A stretch of DNA of 27,914 nt, from the NCBI GenBank assembly GCA_016840095.1, contig JAEOSZ010000077.1, positions 1-27,914 of the forward strand. The letters run 5' to 3'. Below are positions 1-7,056 of the stretch, piece by piece. Origin of the DNA: Candidatus Heimdallarchaeota archaeon. GTDB lineage: Archaea; Asgardarchaeota; Heimdallarchaeia; Heimdallarchaeales; Heimdallarchaeaceae. The translations under genes were made by a program, and so were the position numbers. The stretch's first letter is position 1; every line of letters begins with the position of its first letter. The notes below the pieces were generated by a model. That model did not search any database and was not told the DNA's origin. It saw nothing but the letters and a program-made list of their open reading frames with translations.

Positions 1-1304
1 CTAATTATTAGTAATGAGAATATAAAGGATAGTATTAGGTTCTTCGGGAATTCGGAGATAACAGGTGCTAGAGGGTTCGCAAAGGGATAAGGATCTTCAC
101 TTCCTGAAGTACCATCAAGAGTGTAGTTTCCACTAATCCAGTCTGACCAATGATTCCCCTCATCTACTGTTCTATCGTACCAAGTGTTGTTAATTCCCTC
201 ATCCACAGCTTGAGCACCTAAGAAGGGATTATTTCCTATGAAATTGTTGTGATGGATTGTGTTATTTCCAGTAAATAAGTATGCATGAATAGCATATCCG
301 ATGTTAAATTCAAATGAATTATATGATAAATCGCTTTCAGATAAATGGACGAAATAACAACCTTGAGTAATACTATTCTTTATTCTGTTATTGAAGAAGT
401 CCAAAGAACTCGAATACATAGACCAAACTCCATTATAGCATGAATCGATTGAACATGAATCGATTTTACTATTATTACAATATGCAAAATATAATCCAAT
501 AGAGGTATTAGAAATATCCAGATCAGATATTGTTAATTCTGAACAATTTACAAATAGATATTGTCCATAATTTGAATTGCTAATAGTTGTATTATGGAGG
601 TTGAAAAAGAAACCAAAAGGTTTTCCATTAATCAAATTATTAACTAAAGTGTATCTCGAATATTTCTCAACAGAATGTTCACTTATAATTATTCCATCAT
701 CAGTAAAAGTGTTGTTTATAATGTAGGAATTGTAAGAATCTTCTATTACATTAAATCCACGCTCATTTCCTATAAATGTATTATTGAATACCACAAAATT
801 GTAAGCATCTCGAAAAATTAAACCCGCTCCATTGTTCTCATAATAGTTATTCTTGCTTATACTATAGGAAGAAGCATCAAAGAATAAACCAATACTGTTA
901 CTTACAAATGTGCAGTTTTCGACCGTAGCTGTTCCAACTCCAACGTTTTGAATGTAAATTCCTCTAGCACTATTTGATATAAAAGTGCAGTTTCTAACAA
1001 CAAAATGCATAGTCGTCCAAGCTATTTGTAATGCAATAGATTCACCACTGAAAGTATAATTCTGAACAATATATGGGTCATTGACCAATCCAGAACCTGG
1101 ACACCCTAATGATACAAAGTCAGTATCATCATCTATGAAAATCGGAGAATCTGCCTTTATAGTATAATTATCTGACGGTCTAGTTAAACTGTTATCTGAG
1201 TTTATTGTGTATGCAAAAAACTGTAGAGATCCTAGAATAATAAACAACAAGAAAATACTAAAATACTTTCTGTAAAAGCTTATTGATTTTAAACTAGCTT
1301 TCAT
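1..1304 (-). CDS. Secreted NosD-like / parallel beta-helix repeat protein with PEF-CTERM-like anchor (3' end runs off window)
   Basis: Not in the ORF track because there is no stop in the window. Manual translation of both ends, ATG at 1304: MKASLKSISFYRKYFSIFLLFIILGSLQFF (signal peptide) ... PIFIDDDTDFVSLGCPGSGLVNDPYIVQN, a typical archaeal beta-helix N-cap. The C-terminus reads WYDRTVDEGNHWSD...DPYPFANPLAPVISEFPKNLILSFIFSLLII in the same frame. Confidence 0.85.
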   Translation of the reverse strand, partial: MKASLKSISFYRKYFSIFLLFIILGSLQFFAYTINSDNSLTRPSDNYTIKADSPIFIDDDTDFVSLGCPGSGLVNDPYIVQNYTFSGESIALQIAWTTMHFVVRNCTFISNSARGIYIQNVGVGTATVENCTFVSNSIGLFFDASSYSISKNNYYENNGAGLIFRDAYNFVVFNNTFIGNERGFNVIEDSYNSYIINNTFTDDGIIISEHSVEKYSRYTLVNNLINGKPFGFFFNLHNTTISNSNYGQYLFVNCSELTISDLDISNTSIGLYFAYCNNSKIDSCSIDSCYNGVWSMYSSSLDFFNNRIKNSITQGCYFVHLSESDLSYNSFEFNIGYAIHAYLFTGNNTIHHNNFIGNNPFLGAQAVDEGINNTWYDRTVDEGNHWSDWISGNYTLDGTSGSEDPYPFANPLAPVISEFPKNLILSFIFSLLII

Positions 1305-1491
1305 AATTATCAAAGAATTTCTAACTCTTCTTTCAATAAATAGTTTGTGGTGACCTTTTAAAGAGATGATAGTTTGAATTCTGAAGAAGTATCTTTTAAA
1401 AAATATGGATATGAATGCATAACAAGTCTAAATTGATATAGGAAAAAGGATTGCTTTAAATATTAGAATTGCTTTAAGAATCTTGAAACAC

Positions 1492-1854
1492 ATGAGTTCG
1501 TTATTCTGTCAATATTGTGGTGCAAAAAACGTTTCAGCGAATCGTTTTTGTGAAAATTGTGGTCAGCAAATCAGTGCAACTGAAGCTCCACCTGCTAATC
1601 AGCCTTATCAACCATCACAAACTCAAGCTGGACCTTATCAACCTTATCAACCTTATCAACCACAACAAAGGAACCAACAGCATTCAAGTATGTCAGGAAG
1701 TTATGATGCAGTACCCGGACAACAGTATACATACTCTCAGCAGAAGAAGCCTGGGATGTCTCCAGCTGCGAAAGCCTTACTAATTATTTTCTTCTTAGTT
1801 TTGCCTGCAGTTTTCTTCGGAATATTCTTTGGGGTCTTTTGGTGGTGGTGGTAG
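1492..1854 (+). CDS. Zinc-ribbon protein with Pro/Gln/Tyr-rich linker and C-terminal TM helix
   Basis: CQYC-x10-CENC zinc ribbon, PYQ repeats, hydrophobic tail ending WWWW. ATG 1492 preferred over TTG 1483; TTTAAATA at 1455-1462. Confidence 0.8.
   Translation: MSSLFCQYCGAKNVSANRFCENCGQQISATEAPPANQPYQPSQTQAGPYQPYQPYQPQQRNQQHSSMSGSYDAVPGQQYTYSQQKKPGMSPAAKALLIIFFLVLPAVFFGIFFGVFWWWW
1633..1659 (+). repeat. Coding tandem repeat (CCTTATCAA)x3 encoding PYQPYQPYQ
   Basis: Three exact 9-nt units, plus a fourth copy at 1603-1611. Confidence 0.9.
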
Positions 1855-2042
1855 AACACCACAATTTCTATGCTTCAAGACTTCTACTATAAATGCACTA
1901 ATTTTCTCTCTTTTACCTACTCCAAACTATTTAAATTAAAAACCAACTATTGTCTACTTGTAGATATTTGGGGTTAATATCTACGTATTATTCAAAAATA
2001 TAAGGCAGACAGTGTGTTGTTACTTACATGGAGTGTTAGTGA

Positions 2043-3053
2043 TTGCACACATTATTGGTAGGTAGAGTGACTGAAGTGAAGATCTTAATCACAACAAAGA
2101 ATGGGGAATTATTGTATCAATATGATTCCCTTCCAGATAGTGTAGTCCATGATAACGCATTAGTTACAGGACTTATTTCAGCTATTATAGCTCTATCTTC
2201 AGAAGTCGTCTGCTCTTTCCCTCGAGAAATAGAATATGAGGGTAAAATACTCTATTTTTATTACGAGAACGATCTTGTAACTTCCCTTTTAGTTGATATT
2301 GAATCCCCATTCAATGGCAACATCTTACCCCTCCTACTAGCTGAGTTTAAATTTGTTCAAAGCAAACACAAATTCCATGTCTATGAAGCATTGCGTTTTG
2401 AAATTGAAATAGGTGACAGAATCAAGTCTTGTTTAGCTGAATACCTTTCCAACATCCAACGTAACATGATAACGATTTTCGAAAAAACCGATTTAACCGA
2501 TTATGATTCCCTCATTAAACTGAAGAACGTCGCAAAAGATGGAGTACTAGAAGGAAAAGTTGATTTCCTTTCATTTGAAGTCATAGGCCGACTAATACCT
2601 GAAGGATTAGATAAGATTCTTTATGGTTTAGTCATTGGTATTCCCGTAGTCGTTAGTGGCAACAGGAATATCGTCGAATCGATGGTACAGTCGTTACGTT
2701 TTCTATCACCAACTAAACTTCTCAAAGTTAAGTTCTGGTCCAACAAACACGAAAAAGGATATGATATTTTAGGAACCAATGACTACAGTGGGTTGATGCC
2801 TTCGCACAATCTCATTGTAGCCAATATAGATGACGGAATAGTCTATGGGGGTCTTTCCTCTGGCTATTTCCAAGACATAGCTAGTCAACTTCCTGGTCTT
2901 GATGCCATGGAAGCTTATAGTCTTGTGCGCTCGGAATTGGACTGGATATTTAGGGCATTGGAAGCTCTCTCAATCAGAGCACATTCCAAAGATTCTTTAC
3001 CATTAGAAAAACAGATGATCTTACTCAAGCTTCTAGAAAAGTTACAAGGCTGA
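2043..3053 (+). CDS. Longin-like + DENN/folliculin-like domain protein
   Basis: N-terminal KILITTKNGELLY...DNALVTGLISAIIALSSEV has a longin-like pattern. C-terminal ILYGLVIGIPVVVSGNRNIVESMVQSLRFLSP...FWSNKHEKGYDILG resembles the core DENN segment of folliculin. Start uncertain (TTG 2043 or GTG 2067/2076). Confidence 0.6.
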   Translation: MHTLLVGRVTEVKILITTKNGELLYQYDSLPDSVVHDNALVTGLISAIIALSSEVVCSFPREIEYEGKILYFYYENDLVTSLLVDIESPFNGNILPLLLAEFKFVQSKHKFHVYEALRFEIEIGDRIKSCLAEYLSNIQRNMITIFEKTDLTDYDSLIKLKNVAKDGVLEGKVDFLSFEVIGRLIPEGLDKILYGLVIGIPVVVSGNRNIVESMVQSLRFLSPTKLLKVKFWSNKHEKGYDILGTNDYSGLMPSHNLIVANIDDGIVYGGLSSGYFQDIASQLPGLDAMEAYSLVRSELDWIFRALEALSIRAHSKDSLPLEKQMILLKLLEKLQG

Positions 3054-3067
3054 ACCAAAGTTCTGCC

Positions 3068-3080
3068 TTTTTTTTCCTTT
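3068..3080 (+). terminator. Oligo-T archaeal terminator
   Basis: T8 tract shortly after the stop at 3053. Confidence 0.5.
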
Positions 3081-3126
3081 ATCCTTCATTTAAGTAAAAA
3101 CCTCTGAAACTTTTTCTCTAACAATG

Positions 3127-3133
3127 TTTATAA
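3127..3133 (+). promoter_or_regulatory. TATA box (leaderless transcript)
   Basis: TTTATAA ending 28 nt before ATG 3162. Confidence 0.45.
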
Positions 3134-3161
3134 TTATCCGAGCCAAGATTATATTATCTCA

Positions 3162-3482
3162 ATGAGTTCTCTTAGAAAACTAAAAGACAGAATCTGGTCT
3201 GATGCAATCAAGTTTAGAAAGCAAACTCTAGTGGGGAAGATTTTCTTAATTAGTTTAGTGCTTCTTTTAGGAACTATGCTTATCTTTGTTTCTCTGATTA
3301 GTTTCATGGATAAATGGAGCGATTTGGGCAAATACTCTCTCTGGATTCTTTTCGGATGGTTCTTCCTAATAATTCTAATGTATATAAGTGCGAAATTGAT
3401 AGCTTTAATAATGCATAAGGAAAAAATAAAAATACAAGAACTTGAAAAAACTCATACTGCTGAATCCATGAAATCAAAATAG
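3162..3482 (+). CDS. Small 2-TM membrane protein
   Basis: Two hydrophobic helices with basic flanks. The stop abuts the next ATG (TAGATG). Confidence 0.75.
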   Translation: MSSLRKLKDRIWSDAIKFRKQTLVGKIFLISLVLLLGTMLIFVSLISFMDKWSDLGKYSLWILFGWFFLIILMYISAKLIALIMHKEKIKIQELEKTHTAESMKSK

Positions 3483-3776
3483 ATGATTAACATGATCAAG
3501 TTAAAACCTCAACATCATCCATTACTTGTGCCTATTCTAAGTTTCATATTAGGAGCATTGGTTATTTCAATTTTGATACTTGCTGCTTTTACAAACAATA
3601 CTGTTTTCTGGATTGTAGCTGTTCTATTTGACGTAGGAATAGCTTTTCTTGGTGTGAAAACCATTCTAAATATGCGCAAACCTAAAATGATTTCTCAACC
3701 TTTAGGAGAGCAATTGAAATTTGGGGAACAATCTTCACCTGAACCAAAACCAGAGGTTGATGGAACTGAGCAATAA
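3483..3776 (+). CDS. Small 2-TM membrane protein
   Basis: Two hydrophobic helices and a polar C-tail; abuts the upstream gene and overlaps the downstream one. Confidence 0.75.
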   Translation: MINMIKLKPQHHPLLVPILSFILGALVISILILAAFTNNTVFWIVAVLFDVGIAFLGVKTILNMRKPKMISQPLGEQLKFGEQSSPEPKPEVDGTEQ

Positions 3777-4011
3777 AGAAGCTAAAAGAGATGTTTTCAT
3801 TCTCTCTACAATTGCTACTATTGGAACAGCGATAATTGTTATTGCATTTACTTTTGCTTTTCTAGCTATAGAACGAGCTTATGGTGATTGGCCAAGTTTT
3901 GCTTGGGGAATAATTGCTGTACTTTTTGCCTGTTCTTTTGCTGTATTCTATATCCTAGGTTTTAGAATACTTGATAAACGAAGAGGAAAAGAAGAGAAAA
4001 GTTTACCTTAA
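3760..4011 (+). CDS. Small 2-TM membrane protein
   Basis: ATG 3760 preceded by GAGGT, overlapping the upstream gene by 17 nt. Two TM helices and a basic C-tail. Confidence 0.75.
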   Translation: MELSNKEAKRDVFILSTIATIGTAIIVIAFTFAFLAIERAYGDWPSFAWGIIAVLFACSFAVFYILGFRILDKRRGKEEKSLP

Positions 4012-4082
4012 TTATTTCTTTTTAGATGTGTAAGTTTTTTCAATTTTGCATTAGAATCAGTATTAAAGCCGTGTGACACATG

Positions 4083-4090
4083 TTTAAATA
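4083..4090 (+). promoter_or_regulatory. TATA box
   Basis: TTTAAATA 22 nt before ATG 4113. Confidence 0.45.
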
Positions 4091-4112
4091 ATAATAACAT
4101 AATTATGGTATA

Positions 4113-4358
4113 ATGGTTAATCCCGACAAAATTCGAGACAACAGAGTATTTGAGAAATCTATTCCGTTAATTCACAAGTGTTTAAAGGATAGAGTCAGCA
4201 TTACTCTTTTGCTATCTACACTGAAACTTATTGAAAGAGGGTATATCAAAGAAGAAAAGGATTTAGTATCTTTTATGCAGAAAAGAATGGAAATTAATCC
4301 TAAGTACACTGATGACGCAGAAAAAGTAAAGGAACTGATTCTAGAATCCTATTTCTGA
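4113..4358 (+). CDS. Small helical hypothetical protein
   Basis: 81-aa ORF with protein-like composition and its own TATA box; overlaps the 3' end of the convergent acdA-like gene by 10 nt. Confidence 0.65.
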   Translation: MVNPDKIRDNRVFEKSIPLIHKCLKDRVSITLLLSTLKLIERGYIKEEKDLVSFMQKRMEINPKYTDDAEKVKELILESYF

Positions 4359-5719
4359 AATTTCTTCATTCTATCTATTAATACTTTGGCTGCGAAAGCT
4401 GCTTCTTTTGGAGACATAAAGATTGGAGCATTTTCTTCAGCTGCAACTTTCTTAACTTGGTCCATCAGCTTTCCACTCATGAATATAGGTAAGATTGGTT
4501 TTTTCCTTCCTGTTTCATTCCATGCTCGAATAGCTCCTTTGTAATGTTCATCAGGTTGCATCTCTAGAAATGTGGGAATAACTGCACAAGGAACAACAAT
4601 GTCTATGTTTGGATCCTCAAACATAGCTTTAGCTACTTGATAAAATTCCTCTCCTCTTGCTCCAGCGATCATATCTAGGGGATTAACTTTCTTCACTAAG
4701 GGTATTACATAAGGATCTATTTTTTCTTTGAACTTTTCACTGAACTCTGCTAGCTCTAAACCGAATTCATCTAAGCTATCACTGAAAAGAACTGCACTAC
4801 CTCCACTGTTGGTGAACAAACCCACTCGATTACCTTTTGGTAAAGGAGAGAAGGAAAATGCTTTGATAGCTGTAACATAGTCGCTCATACTCTCACAAAG
4901 CGTGGCACCAGCTTGTTTCACTGCAGCCTGAAGAGAACTATAATCTGTAGCTATTGAACCTGTGTGACTTGATGCAGCTTTAGCTCCTGCAGAAGTACGT
5001 CCTCCCTTCAATACAATTGTTGGTTTGACTTTGGTAACTTCTTTGAGGGTCTCATAGAATCTTCTTCCATCAACAACATTCTCTAGATAGATACAAACCA
5101 CTTGAGTAGCATCGTCATCTTTGAAAAATTCAATTAAATCAGTTAGATTAACATCTGTCATATTTCCAAGATTTGCAAACTTTGAGAATCCTAAACCTTG
5201 CCACTCCATTTCGTAGAGACATGCAGCTCCAAAGCTGCCTGATTGGGTCACCATACTTACATTTCCTTGAGGTGGAGTAATAATGAAAGAAGCATTCATA
5301 CCTAGATCAACATTCATGATTCCAACACAATTTGGACCTATGATTCTGATACCAGCAGCAGTGGCTTTTCTTGACATCTCTTCTTGAATCTTCCTTCCTT
5401 CTTCGTTAATCTCTCCGAAACCTGCTGAAACAATTACTATTCTCTTAACTTTCTTCTCGATACATTGATCAACAACAATTGGTACAGCTTTTGAAGGAAC
5501 TAGAATTATTGCCAAATCAATATCACTTGGAACATCTAAAACGGAAGGAAAACTCTTCAATCCAAGAATTTCTGTTGATTTAGGATTGATTGGGAATAAT
5601 GTACTTGTTACATTTTCATTTTCAACTAGATTGACTGTAACAGTATTACCAAATTTTTTTGGGTCAGCTGTAGCTCCAACAATAGCTATGGAATCAGGAT
5701 AAAAGAAATGTTGTACCAT
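4349..5719 (-). CDS. acdA: ADP-forming acetate/acyl-CoA synthetase alpha subunit (CoA-binding)
   Basis: SIAIVGA, IIGPNCVG, TQSG, LGN, KGGRT..GAKAASSHTGS (phospho-His), TNSGG and NPLD motifs. ATG 5719 preferred over TTG 5728. Confidence 0.9.
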   Translation of the reverse strand: MVQHFFYPDSIAIVGATADPKKFGNTVTVNLVENENVTSTLFPINPKSTEILGLKSFPSVLDVPSDIDLAIILVPSKAVPIVVDQCIEKKVKRIVIVSAGFGEINEEGRKIQEEMSRKATAAGIRIIGPNCVGIMNVDLGMNASFIITPPQGNVSMVTQSGSFGAACLYEMEWQGLGFSKFANLGNMTDVNLTDLIEFFKDDDATQVVCIYLENVVDGRRFYETLKEVTKVKPTIVLKGGRTSAGAKAASSHTGSIATDYSSLQAAVKQAGATLCESMSDYVTAIKAFSFSPLPKGNRVGLFTNSGGSAVLFSDSLDEFGLELAEFSEKFKEKIDPYVIPLVKKVNPLDMIAGARGEEFYQVAKAMFEDPNIDIVVPCAVIPTFLEMQPDEHYKGAIRAWNETGRKKPILPIFMSGKLMDQVKKVAAEENAPIFMSPKEAAFAAKVLIDRMKKFQK

Positions 5720-5771
5720 TGTATTCAAAAAAAGAACAAGATTGCTAATTTTTAATTGTTACCATTAGAGT

Positions 5772-6719
5772 TCAATGAAATCCTTTTCTCATGACATATT
5801 CAGATGGGTCAATATTAAGAATTTGTGCAACAACACTTTCAAGAATTCCAAAATCCTCCATATCTTCAACTTGTTCACTTATGAGATCAATCAATCTTCT
5901 TGCTTCTTCTTGACTGTCAGAATCTTGAATAATCAAGGAATAAATGTACTTACTATCAGATCTAATGACATATTTGTAATCCCCTGACTGTAAATATTGC
6001 AGGATTCCAGTCTTACCAAATATTCTCTGACTGAAACTTTCAATTGCTGATAGAAATCCTGCTAATAAGGTTGGATCTTCTTCTAATTCCATTTTATCAA
6101 TTTCTAAGATAGGAAAACCTTCGGTATCAGCTAACATAAACATGTGAGGATCTATTCTTCTTTTTGCTACAACTTTTGCAGCATTATTAACAAGCCACTG
6201 AAGAGCATCATCCAAATTTTCTCCTGTTTTCATAGATGTTTTGAAAAACTGAAAGGATGCATTTTCCTTTTCAGCAAGCTTGAATAGTTCTAGGTGGTTG
6301 ATGATCGTTTCTAGATCAACACTCTCTTCTAAATCAATCTTATTACATAAGAAAAGTATAGTAAATTCATCAGCAGAATCTTTTAGAGATATGCTCTTCC
6401 AGAATTCTTCCTTAGCTAAATCAAAGCTTTCTGGATCAGCTGAATCAACTATGAAAATAATTCCATAAGCTAATCGTGTATAAGTTTCCCAGATTGTCTG
6501 TCTGTAGGAAACATGACCTCCCAAATCAAACAGGTCGAATCGAGCATCACCAATCTCTACATTTTCAAATTGCATTCCAAGAGTTGGTTTAGTGTCTAGA
6601 AATTCTCCTGTTTTCATCCGCCTGACAAGAGAAGTTTTACCAGCTTGAGGTAAACCAATAATTACTAGTGGTATTCCCTTCTTATCAAATGACAATATCT
6701 TTGAACTTCTAGTCGGCAT
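5772..6719 (-). CDS. Arf/Sar1-like small GTPase fused to C-terminal longin/roadblock-like domain
   Basis: G1 GLPQAGKT, G2 PTLG, G3 DLGGH, G4 NKID, G5 TSMKTG. C-domain FMLADTEGFPI...DPTLLAGFLSAIESFSQRI. Start ATG 6719 or TTG 6725. Confidence 0.9.
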   Translation of the reverse strand: MPTRSSKILSFDKKGIPLVIIGLPQAGKTSLVRRMKTGEFLDTKPTLGMQFENVEIGDARFDLFDLGGHVSYRQTIWETYTRLAYGIIFIVDSADPESFDLAKEEFWKSISLKDSADEFTILFLCNKIDLEESVDLETIINHLELFKLAEKENASFQFFKTSMKTGENLDDALQWLVNNAAKVVAKRRIDPHMFMLADTEGFPILEIDKMELEEDPTLLAGFLSAIESFSQRIFGKTGILQYLQSGDYKYVIRSDSKYIYSLIIQDSDSQEEARRLIDLISEQVEDMEDFGILESVVAQILNIDPSEYVMRKGFH

Positions 6720-7056
6720 TTGCAAACTCCCAACTACATATTTGCGTCCCGTAGCTAGCGGACAAATGCCTTTCTCAAAATCACTTTTAATAGTTTCTAT
6801 AGTTTTTTATCAAATAAATAATTGTCTTTTTATTTAAAAGAACAGTGTTTATTTAAGATGAAAATTGATGGGTGTTCAAGAAAGTGCATCAGTGAAAGAG
6901 ATTGAATTTTCATCAGTTTTAGTTATGTAAGACACGTTCCATTACTTCTAATCATAGGTTTTTAGTCGGTAGAATACAATAGTTTTAGTTCGAGGAAAGA
7001 AATAAATAGCAAATCAACAATTAGTAAGTTGTACTCACATAGAGGTGTGTATTAAT

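Noticed and set aside
1-3. CTA as the stop codon of the minus-strand beta-helix gene
   Set aside because: Out of frame with ATG 1304; the ORF continues beyond the window edge.
439-465. Direct repeat CATGAATCGATT x2
   Set aside because: Coding duplication (IDSCSIDSC) inside beta-helix repeats; only two copies, not a CRISPR.
1517-1783. 88-aa alternative-frame ORF with LINLINLIN
   Set aside because: Shadow of the PYQ repeat in the zinc-ribbon gene.
6735-6775. GGGACGCAAA on the minus strand resembling the c-di-GMP-I riboswitch
   Set aside because: Lacks GGCAAA, the GNRA tetraloop and the second receptor stem.
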